Source: Gammaproteobacteria bacterium
GTDB lineage: Bacteria; Pseudomonadota; Gammaproteobacteria; SZUA-229
Length of the DNA stretch: 64,000 nucleotides
Direction of reading: 5' to 3'
NCBI GenBank assembly: GCA_029882355.1
Contig: JAOUKV010000004.1
Span: forward strand, 65,999-129,998
Part shown: positions 9,109 through 18,322 of the stretch, in pieces
How the letters are laid out: each line of letters begins with the position of its first letter
How positions within the stretch are numbered: the first letter of the stretch is position 1
Notes under the pieces: generated by a model
The model's input: the letters and a program-made list of their open reading frames with translations, nothing else
Database searches by the model: none
Told to the model about the DNA's origin: nothing
Translations under genes and position numbers: made by a program

Positions 9109-11904
9109 ATGCAGTCAAAAACAAAAAAACTGGTATGGGCAAATAAACTTTTTATTCTAATTACTGTATTAACACTTTTAGGTTGTGGTCCAGATGTAAA
9201 TGATCAGCAGATGGTTCAGACCGCCAAGACTTATCTCGAACAAAATAAATTACGCGAAGCTGCACTAGAGTTAAAAAATGCACTGCAAAGTAACCCAGAT
9301 AATCCAGAAGCACGTTATCTGCTAGGCATTATTAATCTTGATGTAGGTGATGCTGCCTCAGCAGAAAAGGAATTCCGGCGTGCTGCTGATGCTGGATGGC
9401 AAGAAGGACTATGCCGCACCGGTCAGGCCAGGGCCATGATCTATAACAGGGAGTTTCAAAATGTTATCGATGAAATCAAAGTAAAGGATGACTACCAAGC
9501 TAGTACACGCGCCAATCTCTATGCTTTGCATGCACTCGCAAAGGCCAGTCTGGGCAACATAGATCAGGCCATAGAAATATTAGACACTGCCACTGAAATT
9601 GATAAAAATGCTTTCCATGTACTTAAATCTGCCATTGAAATTCATCTTGCTAAGAACCATATTGAACATGCCACCGATATCTTAAATAAAGCACTGCTAT
9701 CATACGAAAAAAATCCTGAGATCTTGCTACTTAGCGCAGCTATATCGATCAGGAGCAAAAACTTTGCTAAAGCATCTAACGCTTACAAAGAGGTTATTAA
9801 ACACGACTCTGATAAATTGGTCACTATCTACGGAAGGCAGGCACGTCTTGCACTAGCTCGCCTGGAAATATTAAATAAGGAGCTTGATAATGCCACGACG
9901 ACACTGCTTCCTCTTTTCAGACAAAACACTAATGATCCAGAAACCAATTTTGTCGGTGGATTGCTCGCCTTTGAGCAAGGCAACTTGAGTCTCGCTGAAG
10001 AGCGACTGCTAACTGTTCTTAAATCTGCGCCGGTTCACGCGCCAACTCAGCTGCTGCTTGGCACTGTTAATTATGCACAGGAAGATTACGAACAGTCCGC
10101 CTACTACATTGCAAAATATGTTACCGCTGTTCCAGATAATCTGGCTGCACGAAAGCTGTTAGGGCAGTCTTATATAAAACTTGGGCAACACACTGAAGCG
10201 CAGGCGACGTTGCAACCAGGCCTGGATGCGGGTAGTAACGATGCAGAGTTATTAGCACTGGTTGGTCTCTCACAATTGCAGGCAGGAAATTTTGCTTCAG
10301 GAATCGATGATCTGCAAAAAGCTGTTAAATCGGCGCCAGAGAATTTAACTTTGAGAAGCGAGTTAGCCAAAGCCTATATTACAGCAGGTGAAACTGAAAA
10401 TGCCGTCAAAGAGTTAAATGCGCTTCTCGCCAAGGAGGGCAACAAAAGACAGGCTGAAGCTTTATTAGTATCTGCACATATAAAAGCAGAGCAATATGAC
10501 AAGGCTATTGATGTCGTACTAAATATGCTTCAGGAAATTCCGAATGACCCAGCGGTTCTATCTCTGGCAGGCACTGTATTTGTACTGAGCAACGACAAAC
10601 CAGAAGCACGTAAGTATTTTATTAAGGCGCTACAGATCAAGCCAGACCATGTGCCTGCAACCATGTTACTAGCAAAGCTTGAGGAAATTGAGGGCCATCC
10701 TGCTCAGGCCGAAACTCTATATAAAAAACTAGCAGATCTTAATAAAGAAGATATTGCTCCCCTGATGGCTCTAGCTCGCCTCGCAGACATTCAAAACAAG
10801 ACAGACAAAATGCTTGAATGGCTTGAAATGGCACGTGTGGCAACATCCACAGATATTAGACCTCATAAAATCCTAGCTGAATATTATCTACGAGAAAAAC
10901 AACTGGCCAAAGTTGATTCATTAATCAGAGAAGCACTAAAAATTACGCCTCGCGATAACACACTACTACTCCTGCAGGCAAAATTGCAGATAGCCGAAAA
11001 CCAAAACAATAAAGCCTTATCGACACTAAATGAGCTTATTACAAGATCTCCCAAATCCTCATTAGCACGCACTATGTTAGTTGAAGTTTATCTGAAGCTT
11101 GACCAACCATCAGATGCGCGTAGACAGCTAGATATTGTGCTTGAAAATCAACCGTACTATTTACCCGCTCTGATATTAATGGCAAATCTGGAGTTACAAT
11201 CGGGCAACTATGTAAATGCTCTGGTATTTGCAGAAAAAATTCAGAAAATAAAACCTGACCTATATTTGGGCTTTGAACTTGCCGGTGATGCATCAATGAT
11301 GAAAAAAGATTTCGTTGCTGCAAAACATAATTATGAGCAGGCATTGCAACATAATAAATCTAGCGAACTAGCCATCAAGCTCTCTGAAACCTCAGCACGC
11401 ACCGGTAATTTCGAAGCGGCAACAAAACCACTGCTCACCTGGCTAAGTGATCATCCCAATGAAGCACGTGTACTCCAATTTTTAGGAGCTGCATATCAAA
11501 ACATGAAGCAGGATAAAAAAGCTGCTGACACATACGAAAAAGTTCTGGAGATTCAGTCAGACAATGTAGTCGCGCTCAATAATCTTGCCTGGCTCTATTC
11601 ACTGGTTGACAACCCTAAATCGCTTGAGCTAGCTGAAAGGGCTTATAACATAAACCCAAATGATGCTGGCATTCAAGATACATATGGATGGGCCATGGTG
11701 CAGCAAGGCCAGGCAAATAAAGGGCGTCAAATATTGGAACAAGCCATGAAGTCTCTATCGAAGGTACCAGAGGTTCAATATCACTATGCGGTATCACTAC
11801 TGAAGTCAGGAGAAGAAAAAGAGGCGCGTATAATACTTGAGAAACTACTTAAGAGCAGCTCCTCTTTTGTTGGACGCGAAGAAGCTGAGCAGCTTATAAA
11901 GTAA
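9109..11904 (+). CDS. prsT: PEP-CTERM system TPR-repeat lipoprotein PrsT
   Basis: 931 aa counted from ATG 9109. AAGGAG (9098-9103) lies 5 nt upstream, whereas the ORF-track ATG at 9091 has no RBS. Signal peptide with lipobox LTLLGC, then TPR repeats along the whole length. Confidence 0.8.
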   Translation: MQSKTKKLVWANKLFILITVLTLLGCGPDVNDQQMVQTAKTYLEQNKLREAALELKNALQSNPDNPEARYLLGIINLDVGDAASAEKEFRRAADAGWQEGLCRTGQARAMIYNREFQNVIDEIKVKDDYQASTRANLYALHALAKASLGNIDQAIEILDTATEIDKNAFHVLKSAIEIHLAKNHIEHATDILNKALLSYEKNPEILLLSAAISIRSKNFAKASNAYKEVIKHDSDKLVTIYGRQARLALARLEILNKELDNATTTLLPLFRQNTNDPETNFVGGLLAFEQGNLSLAEERLLTVLKSAPVHAPTQLLLGTVNYAQEDYEQSAYYIAKYVTAVPDNLAARKLLGQSYIKLGQHTEAQATLQPGLDAGSNDAELLALVGLSQLQAGNFASGIDDLQKAVKSAPENLTLRSELAKAYITAGETENAVKELNALLAKEGNKRQAEALLVSAHIKAEQYDKAIDVVLNMLQEIPNDPAVLSLAGTVFVLSNDKPEARKYFIKALQIKPDHVPATMLLAKLEEIEGHPAQAETLYKKLADLNKEDIAPLMALARLADIQNKTDKMLEWLEMARVATSTDIRPHKILAEYYLREKQLAKVDSLIREALKITPRDNTLLLLQAKLQIAENQNNKALSTLNELITRSPKSSLARTMLVEVYLKLDQPSDARRQLDIVLENQPYYLPALILMANLELQSGNYVNALVFAEKIQKIKPDLYLGFELAGDASMMKKDFVAAKHNYEQALQHNKSSELAIKLSETSARTGNFEAATKPLLTWLSDHPNEARVLQFLGAAYQNMKQDKKAADTYEKVLEIQSDNVVALNNLAWLYSLVDNPKSLELAERAYNINPNDAGIQDTYGWAMVQQGQANKGRQILEQAMKSLSKVPEVQYHYAVSLLKSGEEKEARIILEKLLKSSSSFVGREEAEQLIK

Positions 11905-11975
11905 TCGCTATATCAATTTAAGACAAAGATATAAGCTTCGAGTGGAGATTGTAAATTAAAACAATAAATTTCTTC

Positions 11976-12008
11976 AAAAAAAAACCGTGCTGTGCACGGT
12001 TTTTTTTT
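11976..12008. terminator. Bidirectional rho-independent terminator between prsT (+) and the PEP-CTERM gene (-)
   Basis: An A9 run, then CCGTGC-TGT-GCACGG (11985-11999), then a T9 run. The U-tract is available on both strands. Confidence 0.75.
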
Positions 12009-12024
12009 GGCCTTTAGATCCAAT

Positions 12025-12615
12025 TTAAGCAGCTTTGCGTAACTTACGCGAAACTCCGAAACCAATAAGACCAACACCTAGCAATAAAGCTATACCAGGC
12101 TCAGGCGCCGCTGAACTTGCAGACCATGTAAAATTAGAACCAGTTGTATTTGCACTAAAACTCCACAGCCCAAATGTTTGATCAAGACCCGCTGTCGTAC
12201 TGCTGATCCAGCCCGAACCACCAAGAACCAGAAATGCATCAGTTCTAAGATACTCCACCATAGAAACTAAATCAAAAGTAAAACTACCAACACTCCACAG
12301 CCCTGACACCGAACCAACTGGATCAAATATAAAATCAGAATATGTCGCAGCCTGACCACTAACAATACCCTCAGCAGCAAAGTCACCAGTTACCATACCA
12401 CCTACCTGAGCATCTATAATATCCACCCTATCACCGAGTATGAAACTGTCAACAAGTGTCGCATCGTGAGTAGCAACGCTAGTGTCATCAATAACGCCAT
12501 TATGAATATCATAAGAACCAACAAATCCAATGGAACCCTGAATCTGCGTTGCAGACGCAACTCCAGCTATTGCAAAAAAGCCTACCCCTAATAGTATTTG
12601 GTTAAATTTTTTCAT
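12025..12615 (-). CDS. PEP-CTERM sorting-domain protein (exosortase substrate)
   Basis: I prefer ATG 12615 (MKKFNQ...), which has GGAGAAGGAA immediately upstream, over the track start at 12627. Signal peptide ends ...IAGVASA and the body is Gly/Ser/Thr-rich. The C-terminus AAPEPGIALLLGVGLIGFGVSRKLRKAA reads as PEP motif + TM helix + basic tail. Confidence 0.85.
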   Translation of the reverse strand: MKKFNQILLGVGFFAIAGVASATQIQGSIGFVGSYDIHNGVIDDTSVATHDATLVDSFILGDRVDIIDAQVGGMVTGDFAAEGIVSGQAATYSDFIFDPVGSVSGLWSVGSFTFDLVSMVEYLRTDAFLVLGGSGWISSTTAGLDQTFGLWSFSANTTGSNFTWSASSAAPEPGIALLLGVGLIGFGVSRKLRKAA

Positions 12616-12656
12616 TTCCTTCTCCATTTAATTGGTTATTTAGTACTAAACAACAA

Positions 12657-12672
12657 AGCAATCTACATGCCA
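12657..12672 (-). promoter_or_regulatory. Sigma-54 (-24/-12) promoter of the PEP-CTERM protein gene
   Basis: The minus strand reads TGGCATG-TAGA-TTGCT against consensus TGGCACG-N4-TTGCW: exact spacing, one mismatch. It lies ~42 nt upstream of ATG 12615. Confidence 0.65.
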
Positions 12673-12734
12673 ACTATGTATCCATTTGATTATAAAGAAG
12701 AATATGGAATTTTATTATTACATAGCCAGTAAAC

Positions 12735-12751
12735 TGTAACCAATGGTGACA
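12735..12751. promoter_or_regulatory. Imperfect dyad, candidate enhancer-binding (PrsR) site
   Basis: TGTAACCA-A-TGGTGACA, about 97 nt upstream of the predicted sigma-54 start. The heptamer GTGACAC recurs at 12857-12863. Confidence 0.3.
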
Positions 12752-13066
12752 CCCCTAGGAGAAACTAAATTATGCCTGAATTTAAACTTCACTAAACATC
12801 ACAAAATAACGAAATAAAACAAATAGTTATCTTCTAACACAACACCGTTAAAAAAAGTGACACTGGATAAAATCATGCATTTTTTCAAAAACAGCAGCCA
12901 AACACTTTGGCGTATTCTATAATACGGGACATCATGGAAAACGTGCTATTTAGTCAGGATAAAACAACAATAGAAAGCACTCTCAACCGGACTGTTAGGC
13001 TTTCCTCGCCGTTAAAACACAATAAGTTATACATTCAACCACTTAAGGAACGACGCTTAGTTTCTA

Positions 13067-14602
13067 ATGAATGAACAATTAACCGAAATCTATAGCTACT
13101 TACATGGAATGTGGCGCTACCGTTGGCCTGCACTTCTTGTTGCATGGTCGCTGGCGTTGATAGGCTGGATCTATGTTATCGCGATGCCTAACCAGTACAA
13201 TGCCAAGGCAGTGATATACATAGACACCTCGTCCATTATGAAACCATTGTTAAAGGGGCTGGCACCTGAAACAGATTCTTTTGATGAGATTAAGGTGATG
13301 TCTAGAGTGCTTCTGAGTCGTGACAACCTGCTCTCAGTAATACGTGAAACCGATATGGATCTGGAGGTTGATAGTCCAGAGGCCAGAGAAAAACTTGTCG
13401 AACACCTAGCGAGAACGATTGAACTGAAAGGTGGTGGTAGCGAAAATAAATGGGAATCCAGAAGTAATATCTATGAAATAAGCTATCAGGCCACGTCTGC
13501 AGAACGCGTATACCATGTCGTATCAAAGCTGTTAAATACAATGATAGAGGGTACACTAAATTCAACACGCACTGACACGATTACGGTTCAGAAATTTCTT
13601 GATACTCAGATAACCGAACACGAACAACGCCTTACCCAGGCTGAGCAACAACTAGCAGAATTTAAAAAAGCCAATATTGGTTACATGCCTGATGAAAAAG
13701 GCGGTTATTATGCACGTCTACAACGTAAACAGGAGGCACTCGAAAGCACTCGCTCAGCTTTACGACTGGCGGAGAGAAGACGGACCGAACTCAATAAGCA
13801 ACTAAAGGGCGAAAATCCTATATTAGATCGTGAGAACTATGAATCATCGACTGCAATAAAAATTCATCAGTACCAGGAACAACTAAATAGCCTACTGAAT
13901 AAATTTACCGAGCAACATCCTGACGTCCAGGCGCTTCGCTCAGTTATCACTGATTTGGAGACCAATAAGAATATAGAGGGTAGTGCCGAACCCGTTAGCG
14001 GTACTGGCGACTCGACTGAATTCAACCCCGTTTACCAGGAGATGAGGGCAGAACTCAGCAAAGCCGGCGTTGAAGTTGAGACCCTGAAAATCCAATTAGC
14101 CGATTATGAACGTCAGGTAAAAAAACTAACAGACTCGATTGACGTCATTCCCGAAGTAGAAGCGAAGCTTTCAAAACTAAACCGTGATTACGAAGTAACC
14201 CATGAACGCTACCTTGATCTTGTCGAGCGTAAGGAATCAGCAAAACTTGCTCAAAGTGCAGACCAGAGTGCCAGCGATGTTTCCTTCCGTGTTATTGAAC
14301 CACCAATTGTGCCTATCCGGGCATCAGGACCAAAACGCGTGTTACTGATAACGGTTGTGCTGCTCGCAGCGTTAGCAGCAGGAATGGGCTGGAGTTTTCT
14401 TCAATACCAGTTACAACCAACATATATTAACCTGCATCAAACCAGACTTGGAACCGGACTGCCTGTGCTGGGCTCTGTCAGTTTGTATTTAACACCCGAG
14501 CACAAGAAAAATAGGAAAAAGCAACTCGCTACTTTTTTATCTGCCACCATTCTTTTGCTCTTCGTCTATAGTGGGACTATTTTGTATAGTATATCGGCAT
14601 GA
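13067..14602 (+). CDS. Polysaccharide chain-length determinant / co-polymerase (EpsF-type, Wzz/GumC-like)
   Basis: 511 aa. N-terminal TM helix (WPALLVAWSLALIGWIYVIA), a long coiled-coil periplasmic region, and a C-terminal TM pair. Confidence 0.8.
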   Translation: MNEQLTEIYSYLHGMWRYRWPALLVAWSLALIGWIYVIAMPNQYNAKAVIYIDTSSIMKPLLKGLAPETDSFDEIKVMSRVLLSRDNLLSVIRETDMDLEVDSPEAREKLVEHLARTIELKGGGSENKWESRSNIYEISYQATSAERVYHVVSKLLNTMIEGTLNSTRTDTITVQKFLDTQITEHEQRLTQAEQQLAEFKKANIGYMPDEKGGYYARLQRKQEALESTRSALRLAERRRTELNKQLKGENPILDRENYESSTAIKIHQYQEQLNSLLNKFTEQHPDVQALRSVITDLETNKNIEGSAEPVSGTGDSTEFNPVYQEMRAELSKAGVEVETLKIQLADYERQVKKLTDSIDVIPEVEAKLSKLNRDYEVTHERYLDLVERKESAKLAQSADQSASDVSFRVIEPPIVPIRASGPKRVLLITVVLLAALAAGMGWSFLQYQLQPTYINLHQTRLGTGLPVLGSVSLYLTPEHKKNRKKQLATFLSATILLLFVYSGTILYSISA

Positions 14603-15462
14603 GTGAAAAAGAGAACAAACAAGCAACAATATCTGCACTGATGGCATCAAAGAATATCGCCGATAGTGTGGACAGTCACTATTTTCAAACAAAAAAAGAT
14701 ACTGACTCAACACCTTCTTCGAATGAATCTTTAAATGTTGCGGTAAAAGATCGCTTAATAAATGCAAATATGTTGGTACCCGGAAGCCCTCTAGGTGAAA
14801 ATTTTACGGATGAATACCGTAGAATAAAGCGCCCATTGCTGGAAAATGCCTTCGGCAAAACAGCCTCACTGGTTGACAGTGGAAACCTCATTCTGGTGAC
14901 CAGCTCAATTCCTGGTGAGGGGAAAACGCATACCGCTGCCAACCTCGCTCTGTCAATCGCTCATGAAAGAGACCATACCGTGTTACTCGTTGATTGTGAT
15001 GTCAATAGACACGGCATCAGCAAACTGTTTGGGCTTACTGATAAACAGGGTCTGGTAGATGTACTTGAAAGCGACACTCTAACTGCTGGCGACGTACTAT
15101 TACGCACCGATATTCCAGAGCTAAGTATAATCAGCGCCGGTAAAGGACATGACTACGTCACTGAGTTACTAGCCAGTCAGAAAATGCTCAATTTCGTCTC
15201 GGAACTTACTTCCAGATATGATGATCGCGTTATTGTTTTTGACGGCCCTCCACTTTTACCAACACCGCAAACACAGGTATTGGCAGGACTAGTTGGGCAA
15301 ATTGTCTTTGTTATTGAAGCAGGTAAAACTCCTCAAATGCTAGTTGAGGAAGCACTAGAAATGATCCCCAGGGAAAAGGCAACCAATCTTGTGCTAAACA
15401 AAAGCGAGGGCATATCTAACCGTGGTGGTTATTACTACGGTTATTATCGCCCCGACAACTAA
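14599..15462 (+). CDS. BY-kinase-type P-loop ATPase (EpsG-type chain-length determinant tyrosine kinase)
   Basis: 287 aa. Its ATG overlaps the upstream stop (ATGA, 14599-14602). Walker A is SSIPGEGKTHTAANLA, A' is VLLVDCD, Walker B is VIVFDGPP. C-terminal tyrosine cluster RGGYYYGYYRPDN. Confidence 0.8.
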   Translation: MSEKENKQATISALMASKNIADSVDSHYFQTKKDTDSTPSSNESLNVAVKDRLINANMLVPGSPLGENFTDEYRRIKRPLLENAFGKTASLVDSGNLILVTSSIPGEGKTHTAANLALSIAHERDHTVLLVDCDVNRHGISKLFGLTDKQGLVDVLESDTLTAGDVLLRTDIPELSIISAGKGHDYVTELLASQKMLNFVSELTSRYDDRVIVFDGPPLLPTPQTQVLAGLVGQIVFVIEAGKTPQMLVEEALEMIPREKATNLVLNKSEGISNRGGYYYGYYRPDN

Positions 15463-15488
15463 AATAGTTTCTGCAGAGTGTATCTAAG

Positions 15489-16343
15489 ATGACCATCCGC
15501 AATGCTTTAACCGTCGATGTGGAAGATTATTTCCATGTTTCAGCTTTTGCAAAAAGCATCAACCAAAAAGATTGGCATAAATACCCTCTACGTGTAGAAA
15601 ATAATACTCGACGCTTACTGAATCTATTTGATGAATACGAAGTTAAAGCGACCTTTTTTGTTTTGGGCTGGGTAGCTGAGCGCACGCCTGAACTTGTTAA
15701 GGAGATTGCAGACAGGGGCCACGAGGTGGCTTGCCATGGCTTTAGTCACCAGTTGGTGTACAACCAGAGTCCTGAAGTATTCCGCGAGGAAACGCTTCTC
15801 TCAAAACATCTACTAGAAGACATTGTGCAAAAACCCGTCCTCGGTTACCGTGCAGCAAGCTACTCAATCACCAACCGTTCTCGCTGGGCACTGGACATTC
15901 TTGCCGAAGCGGGATTTGAGTACGACTCCAGTATCTTTCCTGTTCGGCATGATCGTTATGGTATTCCGGGTGCCCCAGAATTCCCTCATCGCATGCAAAC
16001 GCCTAATGGACATTCACTGGTAGAATTTCCACTATCCACTGCAAAGTTATTAAAGTATCGTCTGCCGGTTGCTGGTGGTGGCTATTTTCGACTCTATCCT
16101 TACGAAATAACACGAGTAGGCTTGTCGCAGATTAATCGTAAACAGCAACCATTTATTTTTTATTTACACCCTTGGGAAATTGATCCTAATCAACCAAGAA
16201 TTCCTGCACCATGGTTTTCCCACTTCAGACATTACAACAATCTGGCGCATTGTGAAGGCAGACTAAAAAAACTACTTAATGATTTCGAATTTACAACCTC
16301 TCATCAGGTGCTCATCAATTCAGGGCTATTATCGGCAACATAA
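15489..16343 (+). CDS. Polysaccharide deacetylase (NodB homology), XrtA/PEP-CTERM-locus type
   Basis: 284 aa. Begins ALTVDVEDYFHV, has His motif HGFSH, and a conserved C-terminal YLHPWE. Confidence 0.85.
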   Translation: MTIRNALTVDVEDYFHVSAFAKSINQKDWHKYPLRVENNTRRLLNLFDEYEVKATFFVLGWVAERTPELVKEIADRGHEVACHGFSHQLVYNQSPEVFREETLLSKHLLEDIVQKPVLGYRAASYSITNRSRWALDILAEAGFEYDSSIFPVRHDRYGIPGAPEFPHRMQTPNGHSLVEFPLSTAKLLKYRLPVAGGGYFRLYPYEITRVGLSQINRKQQPFIFYLHPWEIDPNQPRIPAPWFSHFRHYNNLAHCEGRLKKLLNDFEFTTSHQVLINSGLLSAT

Positions 16344-16345
16344 CA

Positions 16346-18274
16346 ATGAGTTATTTTGTAGAGTTAACAACCATAGAAGATACCAAAAACATTGAAGCAG
16401 AGTGGACTGCGCTACAGGAAATTGCAGATTGCTCATATTTTCAGTCATGGGGGTGGATTGGTACCTGGCTAAGAGAGGTTGTCAACGATCTCGAGCCGGA
16501 ACTCGTGCGAGTATGGGATAGAAATGAACTGATTGCACTTGGAATTTTCGTAAAATCAACAGTCTTGCGTGGTGGTTTTTTGGCATCGGGAAAACTATTT
16601 CTCAATGAGGCACCAGTTTCAAACCGCAACATGGTGATTGAGTACAATGGACTTCTGGTTAAGCCAGGTCATGAACAAGGTGCTTATAAGGCCATCATCT
16701 ATCATCTAAGATATTCAAGTAAAGACTGGGACGAACTATTTATGACTCTGATCCGTAAGTCGGTGACAGATACATTTGTAGACGAGTTAGACGATGAATT
16801 CTATCTGAGCATAGATAGAGAAACAAAATCATGGCAAGTAAACAGCTCAACACTATCGCCAGGCAAGCACAGCATGTTAGCAACTCTGAGTAAAAACAGA
16901 CGCTGTCAGGTCAATAAAGCATTCCGTGCTTATGAGCTAGAGGGAGAAATATATGTACGTGAATCAAATGATGTTGAAGAAGCATTAAAGTTTTTTGAAG
17001 GATTAAAGCATCTGCATACTGCACGTTGGTTAGCAAAAGGAAAACCAGGGTCATTTTCAAATAAAACATGGGGGTTGTTCCATCAAGCCCTCATTAAAAA
17101 CAGGTTCCCATTGGGAGAGATTCAATTACTTGAAGTTGGTACGCCTAAAACTGTTATTGGCTATATATATAGTTTTATATGGCGCGGCAGAGTATATGTA
17201 TTGCAGACAGGCTTCAATATGAAAATACCCAAAGACGGACAGCCTGGATATGTTTCTCATATAGAAGCCATACTACATAATCAGGAAAAAGGAAATCTGG
17301 TATATGATCTTCTATGTGATGATTCTGGTTACAAAAATATTTTATGTAATGAGTCCGAAAGTCTGGTTTCAATATCCTTAAAAAGGAAAACGCTCCGCTC
17401 TATGTTGAGACAGATTTCTACTTCCAGCCTGAAGGAAGGCTATGTACAAAAAGTTATAAGAGGATCCGTTGCAGATAAAATACATATTTATGGAAACGGC
17501 ACTCTTGATTACCTAAAAGAAAGATGGATTAGACTATCTAATAAATGGCCATCACTTGAAAAGAAATATCTACTTGTTGGATCAGAAAGCTCCGGCACAA
17601 CTGCTGTCTCTGATCTTCTTTTTAAGGAAGTTGACAACTTAAGGTATCTGGAAGAAGGTGAGCAACAATGGGTTTGGAAAGCATATAGAAGTGTCTATCA
17701 GAAAAATACATCTCTTAGAAATTATCCGCGCCTCCAATTATTTGATGCTATCAAAGTTCCTGGATTTTCAGTAATTATCAACGAATTTTTAAAAGAATTC
17801 CCTAACACAACAGTTGTCTATCTCATTCGCGACCCCAGGGATTTTGCAAGCTCTGCAATCAAGACATGGAAAATACGTCAGATGGGGGAGTTTAAGAATA
17901 TCCCATGGACAGATGTTCAGTGGCTAGGTGTAGATTGTGCTGATCCCGTCGAGCGTCTTGCCCAACGATGGAAGGCCTATTTAACTGCAGCAATGAAGGT
18001 TGATGGGGTTATATTCATAAAATACGAAGACTTTTGCCAGGATAAGGTGGGAGTAATTTCAAGCTTGTGCAAAACTTTAAACTTACCATTTGATAAAGCT
18101 CGCGTAACCCAGTTGTGCGATATCCAATTAAGCCATGCAAGTGTCAGGGCGTATCGACCAAGTGGCCCAGGTGGATGGCAGCACAGTATTCTTGAGCGGG
18201 AGCATATTGAAAAAATCGAAACCATTTGCAAAGAAGAAATGCTAAAGTGGGGCTACAAGCTGACCTCATCCTGA
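16346..18274 (+). CDS. Fusion protein: N-terminal CelD/FemAB-like GNAT-fold acyltransferase domain + C-terminal sulfotransferase domain
   Basis: 642 aa. Residues 1-~345 show the CelD/BioF2-like pattern (EAEWTALQ...YFQSWGWIGTWL...VIGYIYSFIWRGRVYVLQTGF). Residues ~395-642 carry a PAPS 5'-phosphosulfate-loop-like GSESSGTTA and the 3'-phosphate motif YLIRDPRD (RDPRD at 17828-17842). Confidence 0.75.
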   Translation: MSYFVELTTIEDTKNIEAEWTALQEIADCSYFQSWGWIGTWLREVVNDLEPELVRVWDRNELIALGIFVKSTVLRGGFLASGKLFLNEAPVSNRNMVIEYNGLLVKPGHEQGAYKAIIYHLRYSSKDWDELFMTLIRKSVTDTFVDELDDEFYLSIDRETKSWQVNSSTLSPGKHSMLATLSKNRRCQVNKAFRAYELEGEIYVRESNDVEEALKFFEGLKHLHTARWLAKGKPGSFSNKTWGLFHQALIKNRFPLGEIQLLEVGTPKTVIGYIYSFIWRGRVYVLQTGFNMKIPKDGQPGYVSHIEAILHNQEKGNLVYDLLCDDSGYKNILCNESESLVSISLKRKTLRSMLRQISTSSLKEGYVQKVIRGSVADKIHIYGNGTLDYLKERWIRLSNKWPSLEKKYLLVGSESSGTTAVSDLLFKEVDNLRYLEEGEQQWVWKAYRSVYQKNTSLRNYPRLQLFDAIKVPGFSVIINEFLKEFPNTTVVYLIRDPRDFASSAIKTWKIRQMGEFKNIPWTDVQWLGVDCADPVERLAQRWKAYLTAAMKVDGVIFIKYEDFCQDKVGVISSLCKTLNLPFDKARVTQLCDIQLSHASVRAYRPSGPGGWQHSILEREHIEKIETICKEEMLKWGYKLTSS

Positions 18275-18322
18275 GAATGTAATTTTAAAATTAAGGTAAT
18301 TATATATCCTATCGATAGATAA

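Noticed and set aside
12934-13074. 46-codon ORF ending in an overlap with the start of the chain-length determinant gene, a possible leader peptide.
   Set aside because: It has no RBS and no recognisable peptide features. It is short enough to occur by chance in a 450-bp AT-rich spacer.
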